DNA of 56,464 nt, from positions 1 to 56,464 of the forward strand of contig JAGOEH010000001.1 in NCBI GenBank assembly GCA_017997825.1, written 5' to 3'. The notes below the pieces were generated by a model. The model had not been told where the DNA came from. It made no database searches and was given only the letters and a program-made list of their open reading frames with translations. The DNA is from Candidatus Delongbacteria bacterium. Its GTDB lineage: Bacteria; JAGOEH01. Both the position numbers and the translations under genes were made by a program. Of the stretch, positions 9,652 through 18,321 are shown piece by piece (positions within the stretch are counted from its first letter, which is position 1; each line of letters starts with the position of its first letter).

Positions 9652-9965
9652 CCGATCTCCTTTCCATTGAATCAATAACATTAAATCTATCTTAACTGAA
9701 TAGTCCCAGCGGAGTTTCTCCGGACTGCCCTTTCGGATCAAGTTCGGCCGAACGATCCGTATCATTTCATCGTTAAACGGGTTTCGAATCGGTCTCGAGG
9801 ATTACGATCGATTCCCCGGATAGGGGATAATGTAGGATGATCATGGTACATCAGGGCGCTTGGCTTGGTTAATATATGATGAAAAATACTGGATTTGTCA
9901 AGTATTTATAATGGAAAAAGCCATACACACAAAAAAAACCGATCGCGTCTCGATCAGAAAAGGTG

Positions 9966-9994
9966 TTGACAAAATCAGCTTTTTTTTATATAAT
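9966..9994 (+). promoter_or_regulatory. consensus sigma70 promoter upstream of scpA
   Basis: TTGACA (9966-9971), 17-nt spacer, TATAAT (9989-9994). Both hexamers are perfect. Confidence 0.65.
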
Positions 9995-10113
9995 TAATGC
10001 GGAAATGCTTAGAATAAAAAGCTATACCTATCATCAATCCTGCCCGGTCCGTCGGAACGGATTGCTCTCCGTGATGCTCCCACAACCAGAAAAAGATCGA
10101 TTGGAATGACGAT

Positions 10114-10821
10114 ATGCCCTTTGAAGTCTGTCTCGATAAATTTGAAGGTCCGCTGGATCTTCTGTTATATCTGATCAAGCGGGAAGAAGTCGATATCTAT
10201 GATATTCCGATCGCTAAAATAACCGGCGACTATCTGGACCTGCTGGAGCGGATCAAGGGAGAGAAGGTGGCTGTAGCCGGAGAATTCTTCATCATGGCGG
10301 CTACCCTGATCCGAATCAAGACCCAGATGCTGCTACCCCGCCAGGCGTGTGCCGAACTGGATCAGATCGAGGATCCCCGACGTCAGTTGGTGATTCAGTT
10401 GCTGGAATATCAACAATTCAAAGAATTATCGGAATCTATGTCCCGTCTGGCTCATCAGAGGAGCGAGGTTTTTTTCCGGAGCTTCTATCCTGAAATCCGG
10501 GATTTGATGCAGGAAAAACAACTTGAGTTTGATCGGAATCAATTTTTAAGCATCTTTAAAAGCGTGCTCCAAAAAATGGACCCCCGCCAGAATTATGAAA
10601 TTGAACTGGAACCGATCACCATCGAGTGGAAAATGCAGGTCATCTATGAAAAACTGCAAAAGGACAACCATATCCGGTTCAGTCAGTTGGTGATGGAAAC
10701 CAGTCTGAGCGATAAAGTCATATCGTTTATGGCTATTCTGGAGCTTTCAAAGCTTCAGCGGATTCATTTGATCCAGAATCGAAATTTTGAAGAGATATGG
10801 CTGGAAAGAATAGCCGGATGA
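10114..10821 (+). CDS. scpA: segregation and condensation protein A
   Basis: FEGPLDLLLYLIKREEVDIYDIPIAKIT N-terminal signature. Followed by scpB. Confidence 0.9.
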   Translation: MPFEVCLDKFEGPLDLLLYLIKREEVDIYDIPIAKITGDYLDLLERIKGEKVAVAGEFFIMAATLIRIKTQMLLPRQACAELDQIEDPRRQLVIQLLEYQQFKELSESMSRLAHQRSEVFFRSFYPEIRDLMQEKQLEFDRNQFLSIFKSVLQKMDPRQNYEIELEPITIEWKMQVIYEKLQKDNHIRFSQLVMETSLSDKVISFMAILELSKLQRIHLIQNRNFEEIWLERIAG

Positions 10822-11411
10822 AATCCAATGAACTGAAAAGCGTGGTGGAAGCCCTGATTTTTGCCGGTGATTCTCCGGTGGATGACGAAACCATCCATCA
10901 AATCCTGGGGAATGGCTTTAAACCTCAGGATATCGCTGAGATGGTCGACGAACTGAACCGGGAGTATACGGAAACCGAGCGGGCCTTCCGAATCGAGAAA
11001 ATTGCCGGTGGATACTGTCTGACCACCCGTCGTGAGTATCATCATTTTGTGAAGCAGCTTTACCGATCCCGCCTCAATACCCGCCTCTCCTCCTCCGGAA
11101 TGGAATGCCTGGCCATCATCGCCGTCAAACAACCCATCACCCGGATCGAAATCGAAAAAATCAGGGGAGTCAATTGTTCCGCTTCTTTGAATACTCTGCT
11201 GGAACGAGATTTGATCATGATCAGGGGCAAGAAGAGGGCACCCGGGAATCCGGTGCTTTACGGAACCACCGAAGCCTTCCTGAAGTATCTCGGCATCAAC
11301 CGGTTGGAAGATTTGCCCAATTATGATCTGATCCGTCAGAGTATCCTGAATCTGCAACCACCGTCCGAGGAATGGACAGAGGAGACCCATCATGAAATGC
11401 AGACTGAATAA
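10818..11411 (+). CDS. scpB: segregation and condensation protein B
   Basis: VVEALIFAGDSPV, and winged-helix repeats. ATG 10818 forms an ATGA overlap with the scpA stop. The ORF-track start at 10797 is possible but less likely. Confidence 0.85.
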   Translation: MKSNELKSVVEALIFAGDSPVDDETIHQILGNGFKPQDIAEMVDELNREYTETERAFRIEKIAGGYCLTTRREYHHFVKQLYRSRLNTRLSSSGMECLAIIAVKQPITRIEIEKIRGVNCSASLNTLLERDLIMIRGKKRAPGNPVLYGTTEAFLKYLGINRLEDLPNYDLIRQSILNLQPPSEEWTEETHHEMQTE

Positions 11412-12150
11412 ATTCCTGGCCGATGCCGGGGTTTGCTCCCGACGGGAGGCTGATACCCTGATTCTCCAGCATAAGGTGAAGGTCAATGACCACTATGTGT
11501 TCAAGCTGGGAACTCTGGTCGATCCAAGCCTGGATCAGGTCACCTGCCAGAATAAGCTGGTACGGATCAATCCCAAAAAAGTTTATATTCTCTTGAACAA
11601 ACCCAAGGAGTGCCTTTCCTCTACCAAAACGGACCAACGGAATCTGAAAACCGTCATTTCAATCATACCGGGGATACCGGAACGGCTTTATCCGATAGGG
11701 CGTCTGGATAAGGATACTACCGGGGCACTGCTGGTGACTAATGATGGGGAACTGACTCATTCTCTGTTGCACCCCCGGATGAAAATTGAAAAAGAGTATA
11801 AAGCAGTGGTTAAGGGCAATCTGGGTCCCAAACAACTGGAACTGCTTCGGGAAGGAGTCACGCTGGAGGATGGTCTGACGCTTCCGGCCGGGATTTTTGT
11901 GAATGAAAAACATGGGTCGATCTATAAGATCAAGATCATTCTGAAGGAAGGGCGCAAACGTCAGATCAAGCGGATGTTTCAGCATGTCGGAGCCGTGGTG
12001 ATCCGCCTTCATCGCAGCAAATTTGCCGGCATCTCGGTCGGTCGGCTCAAACCCGGTGAGTGGCGGTTCCTTACCCGCGATGAAATCAAGTACTTGTACC
12101 AACTCAACCCGGTGCCTACCGTTCCACCCCAGGAATCCCATTCCGGCTGA
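11392..12150 (+). CDS. rluB: RsuA/RluB-family rRNA pseudouridine synthase
   Basis: S4 domain RLNKFLADAGVCSRREAD, and catalytic motif IGRLDKDTTGALLVTNDGEL. Conserved scpAB-rluB arrangement. Confidence 0.8.
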   Translation: MKCRLNKFLADAGVCSRREADTLILQHKVKVNDHYVFKLGTLVDPSLDQVTCQNKLVRINPKKVYILLNKPKECLSSTKTDQRNLKTVISIIPGIPERLYPIGRLDKDTTGALLVTNDGELTHSLLHPRMKIEKEYKAVVKGNLGPKQLELLREGVTLEDGLTLPAGIFVNEKHGSIYKIKIILKEGRKRQIKRMFQHVGAVVIRLHRSKFAGISVGRLKPGEWRFLTRDEIKYLYQLNPVPTVPPQESHSG

Positions 12151-12163
12151 AAGGAGTCTCTGA

Positions 12164-13852
12164 ATGCAACGCTATCTGATCCTGTTGTGGCTCGGCCTGA
12201 CGGCGGCCGGAATCGCCGCCCCTTTCAAACTCGCGATTCTGTTTACCAATGATGAGCATGGCGAGCTTCTTCCCTATGATTTTATCCGGCAAAAACCCAA
12301 ACCGACCAGCCTGATCCATTGCGCCTCACTGATCCGCCAATACCGGGCCGACTATCCCCTTCACCTGCTGCTGAGTGCCGGGGATACCTATCAGGGATCA
12401 CCATTGGCCTATTATTTTCACTACCGGGACAGCCTGTCGGTTCATCCTATGCTGAAAGCCATGAATACCCTCGGCTATGACGCCTGGGTTCCCGGCAATC
12501 ATGACATCGAACAGGGCTTGCCCTTCCTGAAAAAAATAGAAACGCAGGCCGAATTCGATTGTATCAGCGCTAATATCCGGTATCTGAACCATGACTCACT
12601 CTTTTTTAAACCCTATGTCATCAAACAGGTCGGACCCGTCAAAATCGCTATACTCGGACTGACCACGCCCGCCATCCCCCTATGGCTGACCCCGGATCTC
12701 TATCAGGGTGTCCAATTTGACGATATGATCCTTACTGCCGAAAAATGGGTGGATCTTATCCGTAAACGCGAAAACCCGGATCTCTTGATCGGACTGTTCC
12801 ATAGCGGTATGAATCAGGAATGGGACAGCGCCTACTGCGTTCAGCGGGGTATCCCCCTGGCTAACCCGACGCTGGAACTGGCCCGCCGGATCCCCGATTT
12901 TGACCTGATCATCTGTGCCCATTCCCATAAACTGATCAATGATACCATCAACGAAGACTACCGGAATGGCGGCCTCATCAATAAGCTGGGGAAGACATCC
13001 TTTGCTCAGGCCAGAGCTCACGGCAGTCATCTGGGGGTGTGCCTGTTCCATCTGGATTCCACGGATAAAGCCATCACCATCGATTCCATTTCAGTCAAAA
13101 CCGTATCCGCTTACGGTATCCAACCCGATTCCGGAATGCTGACCCTGTTCCAACAGGAACACCGGGTATTACAAAATTATGTCAACGATTCCATTGGGAA
13201 TGCCCGGCATGAAATTTCGGCCCGTTCAGCCCGGATCCACGATAATCCCCTGATCGATCTGATTCATTCCGCCCAATTGGAAATCAGCGGTGCCGATTTG
13301 TCGATTGCCGCCGTTTTCAACGACGACCAACGTATTCCGCCGGGAAAAATTACGGTCGCCGATCTGTTCCGTCTTTATCCCTATGAGAATACCATGGTGA
13401 AAACCAAAATGAGTGGATACCAGATCAAGGCGTATCTGGAATACAATGCCCGTTTTTTTCAGACCGTGGATAGTTCCACCCGTTCGATTCAGGCCGCTCA
13501 GCTCTTCAATCCCGATATCCGGAGTTATAATTTCGACACCATCGAGGGATTGAACTATATCCTCGATATCACTCAACCCTTGGGCCGGCGGGTGACAAGC
13601 CTAAGCTATCCTCAGGGGAGCCCGGTCCGTGAATCGGATACCCTGAGTGTCGTCATGAACAGCTATCGCTTCAGCGGCGGCGGGGGATTCATCGCCGCTC
13701 TCGGCGTTCCCTCTCTTCCTCTGGTCGAATCCATTCCCCTTAGTGTTCGGGATATGTTGATCGATTATATCCGATCCCATCCCAGCCCGGCTATCGATTG
13801 TTCAAACAATTGGAAACTCTATCCCGATTCAATCCGCATCCTTTATCGATAG
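12164..13852 (+). CDS. secreted bifunctional metallophosphatase / 5'-nucleotidase family protein
   Basis: Signal peptide. Calcineurin-like motifs FTNDEHGEL, GDTYQGSPL and VPGNHDIE. C-terminal 5'-nucleotidase-like half. Confidence 0.75.
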   Translation: MQRYLILLWLGLTAAGIAAPFKLAILFTNDEHGELLPYDFIRQKPKPTSLIHCASLIRQYRADYPLHLLLSAGDTYQGSPLAYYFHYRDSLSVHPMLKAMNTLGYDAWVPGNHDIEQGLPFLKKIETQAEFDCISANIRYLNHDSLFFKPYVIKQVGPVKIAILGLTTPAIPLWLTPDLYQGVQFDDMILTAEKWVDLIRKRENPDLLIGLFHSGMNQEWDSAYCVQRGIPLANPTLELARRIPDFDLIICAHSHKLINDTINEDYRNGGLINKLGKTSFAQARAHGSHLGVCLFHLDSTDKAITIDSISVKTVSAYGIQPDSGMLTLFQQEHRVLQNYVNDSIGNARHEISARSARIHDNPLIDLIHSAQLEISGADLSIAAVFNDDQRIPPGKITVADLFRLYPYENTMVKTKMSGYQIKAYLEYNARFFQTVDSSTRSIQAAQLFNPDIRSYNFDTIEGLNYILDITQPLGRRVTSLSYPQGSPVRESDTLSVVMNSYRFSGGGGFIAALGVPSLPLVESIPLSVRDMLIDYIRSHPSPAIDCSNNWKLYPDSIRILYR

Positions 13853-13941
13853 TCAGCGCTGCTTCCGGCTCCTCATTTCCTTCCCAAAAACTCAACCCAT
13901 CTCGGTGTGGAATAGTTTTTTATTCAATCAATAAAATATTC

Positions 13942-13970
13942 TTGATTTTGGATTAATTTTAACATATATA
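13942..13970 (+). promoter_or_regulatory. candidate promoter of the XRE/ImmA gene
   Basis: TTGATT, 17-nt spacer, TATATA, in an AT-rich 283-nt intergenic region. Confidence 0.4.
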
Positions 13971-14135
13971 CTATAGAAAGAATCCTTTCAGATAATGTGA
14001 TTCAGAAATAATAAGAGAAAAGACCTTAACGTTAGAATACAATCAATCAGATACTCATCGGGTCTGAAATCGATTCAACCGCTTTGGGCTTAAGTGAAGC
14101 ATTAACCCGTAAACTTCATTAGCAAAGGTGAACCT

Positions 14136-15221
14136 ATGAAAGTTGGCGATAAGATACTGCAGATTAGGAAAGACCATCGTGTTTCCAAACTTCAGTTTTC
14201 CAAATTGGTGGATGTCAACCGAATCACGCTGGAAAAAATCGAAAAAAACCAGGTTCCGCCGTCGTTTAAAGTTATTGAATCACTATGCAGGCACTACGGA
14301 ATTCCTATTTCCTATTTCGATCCGACTGAGGTTGACCTAAGCAGCGTGGTTTATCGATCTTCCAAACCCATTAAGCTGCCTGCCCGCGATTATCAAAAGG
14401 TGATCCATGCCATCAAGGCCTATCTTTTATTGGAAAATCTGGTGGGGGTTTCTCCCCGCAAAGAGTTTCCGTTTTCATATCCGGTCCACGAACTCAATCC
14501 GATCATGATCAGCCATGCGGCCAAGATATGCCGAAATGTGCTGGGAATCACAGTGGCTCCGATTCTGAATCTGTATGACCTGCTCGAGAATATGGGAATC
14601 CATATCATCTCCCTGGAACTCTCCGATGAATCGATCGATGGATTCTCGGTTGTGATCCAGGCCCAAGGGATCTTTTTCTTTCTGAACAAGTATATCACCG
14701 ATGAGCGGAAGATATTTACCCTGGCCCATGAACTGGGACATCTGGTGTGTAATCGGGATGCCTATTACTTCAGTATCGAGAAAGGAATAACGGATCTCGA
14801 TCGGGAGGATCATGCCGATGAATCCAACGAGAGAATTGCCGACAGTTTCGCCGCTGTTTTTTTGATGCCGTCCGAATACATCCATCATTTGATCAAGAAT
14901 CTGAATATCCGTCGGGAGGATTGGGATCTTAATCTCATTCAGGAGTTAAAAACCCGCCTTAATGTCAGCGCGGAGTCCCTGCTCAACCGGATATTCAATA
15001 TGGAGATCATCCCCCGCTCTACCTGGGAGGCCATCCGTAAAGAGATTCTGAATTATTACAAAAAAAACAACAACGCCGAGCCGGGAAGTGAACATGCCGT
15101 CAGTGGAAATACGGTGATGAATCAGCGTTTTTCAAATCTGGCTTATCTGGCTGGAAAACGGAAATCGGGCAAAGAACTTAAAAAAATTCTGACCCTGTTT
15201 CCGGAAAAAATCGTTCTATGA
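14136..15221 (+). CDS. XRE-family HTH fused to an ImmA/IrrE-type (peptidase M78, COG2856) zinc metallopeptidase domain
   Basis: N-terminal ~60 aa fit a Cro/C1-type HTH (KILQIRKDHRVSKLQFSKLVDVNRITLEKIEKNQ). HEXXH motif in LAHELGHLV, plus ADSFAAVFLMP, the second ImmA/IrrE hallmark. An extra ~100-aa C-terminal region follows. Confidence 0.8.
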   Translation: MKVGDKILQIRKDHRVSKLQFSKLVDVNRITLEKIEKNQVPPSFKVIESLCRHYGIPISYFDPTEVDLSSVVYRSSKPIKLPARDYQKVIHAIKAYLLLENLVGVSPRKEFPFSYPVHELNPIMISHAAKICRNVLGITVAPILNLYDLLENMGIHIISLELSDESIDGFSVVIQAQGIFFFLNKYITDERKIFTLAHELGHLVCNRDAYYFSIEKGITDLDREDHADESNERIADSFAAVFLMPSEYIHHLIKNLNIRREDWDLNLIQELKTRLNVSAESLLNRIFNMEIIPRSTWEAIRKEILNYYKKNNNAEPGSEHAVSGNTVMNQRFSNLAYLAGKRKSGKELKKILTLFPEKIVL

Positions 15222-15228
15222 CGGGTTT

Positions 15229-16404
15229 ATGAATATCGAAAGCTTCTTCCGGACATTTAATCCAAAACCGTCATCACCGTCCATTTCGGTCCGGCATGGC
15301 CCGCCGTTTTTTTCTCAATGTGAACGGTTCAATCTGCCGTTTCACTATGGCGAGCATCGGTTTGACCGGATGAAGCAACCGGCATGGAGAATCTGGGATC
15401 TGCTGATTCAGGAGCGTATATCGGAATCGGTCGGAATGGAGCAGATCCTGTTTTTGGATCTGGAGACCACCGGATTGAGCGGTGGAACGGGAACCATTCC
15501 CTTTCTGATAGGATTGGCTTGGATCTCGGAGCAACAGCTGGTCGTTGAACAGTTGGTCCTCAATGAATTATCAGCGCTGGAGCTGATGCTGGAGGAACTG
15601 CGGTGCCGGGCTGCACCCTATCAATGGCTGGTGACCTATAATGGAAAATCCTTTGATGCTTCAGTGATCCGCAGCCAGTTTCGTTTAAACCGGCTGGGTG
15701 AATCTCCGTTGGACAGGATGTTCCATTTTGATCTGTTGCATATTTGCCGCCGGATTTGGAAAAACGAGTATGATGGATACCCATTGAGCCGAATGGAATC
15801 GGAGCTGCTGGGGTATGTCCGAAATGATGATCTGCCGGGATCGCTGATTCCGGAGCAGTATTTCCGGTATTTGCGAAGACGCGATTCGGAGATCATCCAG
15901 CCGATTCTGGAGCATAATCGGGCAGATATGATCAGCCTGGTCGGTGTGTTTGACCGGATTGATGGCTTGGCGGGGGATCCGCGGCTTCAATCGAAACAGG
16001 TCTGTAATATTATCGACTTTTCATTCCGTTCCGGTAAATATGACCAAGCCCATGACTGGGCCGAGGAGATGGCAACCCGCAACTGGCCGGAATCAGGAAT
16101 GGCTTCTATTTTATACCGCGACGGCCGGCTGCTCCGAAAAATGGGACGGTATCGAGAGGCCTGTGAGGTATGGAATCGCTCCGGGACTGGAGAATCGATG
16201 CTGGAACTGGCCAAACTCTATGAGCATACCCTGAAGGATCCTAATCAGGCTTTGGCCTGTGCCAAACAGAGCCGGTCGTGTTTACAGGATCAGGATTACT
16301 GGTTCCGCTTTATGCCCCGAGCCGGGGAAGGGAATCGGATCCATCAAATTATGGACGATCTGGATAAGCGGATAGTCCGGCTGGAGAAAAGGCTTAGCCT
16401 CTGA
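15229..16404 (+). CDS. RNase H-fold DEDDh exonuclease with C-terminal TPR-like region (YprB/MrfB-like)
   Basis: Exo motifs LFLDLETTGL, YNGKSFDASV and HNRADMISL, then helical repeats in the C-terminal third. Starts 8 nt after the XRE/ImmA gene. The exact start codon is uncertain because the RBS is weak. Confidence 0.65.
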   Translation: MNIESFFRTFNPKPSSPSISVRHGPPFFSQCERFNLPFHYGEHRFDRMKQPAWRIWDLLIQERISESVGMEQILFLDLETTGLSGGTGTIPFLIGLAWISEQQLVVEQLVLNELSALELMLEELRCRAAPYQWLVTYNGKSFDASVIRSQFRLNRLGESPLDRMFHFDLLHICRRIWKNEYDGYPLSRMESELLGYVRNDDLPGSLIPEQYFRYLRRRDSEIIQPILEHNRADMISLVGVFDRIDGLAGDPRLQSKQVCNIIDFSFRSGKYDQAHDWAEEMATRNWPESGMASILYRDGRLLRKMGRYREACEVWNRSGTGESMLELAKLYEHTLKDPNQALACAKQSRSCLQDQDYWFRFMPRAGEGNRIHQIMDDLDKRIVRLEKRLSL

Positions 16405-16413
16405 CTTTTGGAC

Positions 16414-16442
16414 TTGACAAATCCGCGGGCTTGGTTTATTAT
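16414..16442 (+). promoter_or_regulatory. sigma70 promoter of recA
   Basis: TTGACA (16414-16419), 17-nt spacer, TATTAT (16437-16442). Confidence 0.6.
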
Positions 16443-16528
16443 TCCTTAAGGGGCATTCGATCCATGCTTTACCTGAACGAGGGTGGGGAAAATGTCATGG
16501 GTCAGTATTCACTATGAAAGGAGTTATT

Positions 16529-17602
16529 ATGGCGAAAACAACCGCAATTCCGGAACCATCATCCAATCAATCTGAAAAAATGAAGGCCGTTCAACTGGCC
16601 TTGGAACAGATTGAACGAGCTCACGGTAAAGGCTCATTGATGATGATGGGGGATAAAAATTACAATCGACAGGTGGAAGTGATTTCTACCGGATCGATCC
16701 GGTTGGATGCCGCTTTGGGCGTCGGCGGGGTTCCACGGGGTCGGATCATCGAGATTTATGGACCTGAGTCATCCGGTAAGACGACCCTGGCGTTTCACAT
16801 TATTGCTGAAGCCCAGAAACGGGGAGGGATTGCCGCCATTATCGATGCCGAGCATGCCGTTGATCCTTCCTATGCCCGGCGTCTGGGGACCGATATCGAT
16901 AATCTGCTGATTTCACAACCCGATACGGGCGAACAGGCTTTGGACATCGCCGAGACCCTGGTACGAAGCGGTGCCATCGATGTGATTGTGGTTGATTCAG
17001 TGGCGGCACTGGTTCCCCGGGCTGAAATCGAAGGCGATATGGGCGATGCCCACATGGGACTCCAAGCCCGGTTGATGTCCCAGGCCCTGCGAAAACTGAC
17101 CGGCAGTATCTCCAAATCCAAAACATGCGCAGTTTTCATCAATCAGGTCCGCGAAAAGATCGGTGTCATGTTCGGTAATCCCGAAACCACCACCGGCGGC
17201 CGTGCCCTGAAATTCTATTCCTCCGTCCGGATCGAAATCCGGCGCATTACCTCCATCAAAGAAGGTGATAATACCATCGGAAACCGAACCGTGGCCAAGG
17301 TCGTCAAGAATAAGGTCGCCCCCCCCTTCAAAAGCGCCGAATTCGATATCATCTTCAATGAAGGGATCTCCAAGAGCGGTGAAGTGCTCGATATGGGCGT
17401 CGATTACAAAATCATCAACCGGAGCGGGACCTGGTTTTCCTTTGGGGAGGAACGCCTGGGCCAGGGACGCGAAAACGCCAAACGATACCTGCTGGAAAAA
17501 CCCGAGCTCTTCCGGGAATTGGAAAAACAGGTTCGGATTAAGCTGGGACTGATCCCCGAATCTCCCGATAAAGAACCGGCCGATCGCAAAACCCAGGCCT
17601 GA
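16529..17602 (+). CDS. recA: recombinase RecA
   Basis: Walker [12 protein letters not shown], and L1/L2 regions such as [26 protein letters not shown] 16529 has AAAGGAG 5 nt upstream. The ORF-track start at 16514 lies inside that RBS region. Confidence 0.97.
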   Translation: MAKTTAIPEPSSNQSEKMKAVQLALEQIERAHGKGSLMMMGDKNYNRQVEVISTGSIRLDAALGVGGVPRGRIIEIYGPESSGKTTLAFHIIAEAQKRGGIAAIIDAEHAVDPSYARRLGTDIDNLLISQPDTGEQALDIAETLVRSGAIDVIVVDSVAALVPRAEIEGDMGDAHMGLQARLMSQALRKLTGSISKSKTCAVFINQVREKIGVMFGNPETTTGGRALKFYSSVRIEIRRITSIKEGDNTIGNRTVAKVVKNKVAPPFKSAEFDIIFNEGISKSGEVLDMGVDYKIINRSGTWFSFGEERLGQGRENAKRYLLEKPELFRELEKQVRIKLGLIPESPDKEPADRKTQA

Positions 17603-17622
17603 CCCATTGCGGGGTATTCAGG

Positions 17623-18276
17623 ATGAGGGTCCAGAATCGCCGATTTCGGCCTGATCATAAGACACTTGAGATCCAGTGGGATGACGATACCAGCGACCTC
17701 CTGTCTTCCCTGATAGCAGAACGCTATTATTCCCTGCTGGCTCCCGGAAATCTGATCGAAGATTCCGATCTGGTCAGGATCCGTCAGGAAAACGCTTATG
17801 AAATCGCCTTAAAACGCGCCTATGACCTATTAGCCCGAAAGGGATATACATCGTTCGAACTCCGCAATAAACTGACGCAATCGGATATCCCGGCCGATAC
17901 GATCCGGGATGTGTTGACCCGTCTCAGACAGCTTGATTATCTGAACGATGAGAAAACGCTGCTGGATTGGGCGCTGCGTCAGCTCCAGGAACGACCGATG
18001 GGGCATCTCAAGCTCAAACAGCTTCTGATCCGCCGCGCCGGTCAATGCCCGCTGGTGCAGACTATTCTCCGGCAGGCCTATGCCCAAATTCCGGAAACCG
18101 AATTGATCCGCCATTGCCTGCTGAAGAAATACAGGCAGCGCCCCTTGGCCGATCTGAAGGAAAAAGCACGCGCCTACCGCTATCTGAGCAGTTTGGGATT
18201 CCGCTCTGACGCTATTATGCAGATCATGTCATCTCCTTTCGATGAGGATACCCGGCCATCTCCGGACGATGATTGA
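17623..18276 (+). CDS. recX: regulatory protein RecX
   Basis: Position directly after recA. Triple helical-repeat pattern (ALKRAYDLLARKGYTSFELRNKL...). Confidence 0.8.
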   Translation: MRVQNRRFRPDHKTLEIQWDDDTSDLLSSLIAERYYSLLAPGNLIEDSDLVRIRQENAYEIALKRAYDLLARKGYTSFELRNKLTQSDIPADTIRDVLTRLRQLDYLNDEKTLLDWALRQLQERPMGHLKLKQLLIRRAGQCPLVQTILRQAYAQIPETELIRHCLLKKYRQRPLADLKEKARAYRYLSSLGFRSDAIMQIMSSPFDEDTRPSPDDD

Positions 18277-18321
18277 ATCCTCCGATGAAAATTCCTAATC
18301 CGTAAGAGAAATTATGGTTCT

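Noticed and set aside
9652-9765. N-terminal extension of the OPT transporter ORF (ORF-track start at 9765).
   Set aside because: The extension is non-hydrophobic and is encoded through a perfect palindrome. ATG 9651 has a GGAG at the proper distance.
16405-16528. Search for a LexA/SOS box in the recA promoter and leader.
   Set aside because: I found no CTGT-N8-ACAG, GAAC-N4-GTTC or other clear palindrome. This absence is used only as weak context for the XRE/ImmA finding.
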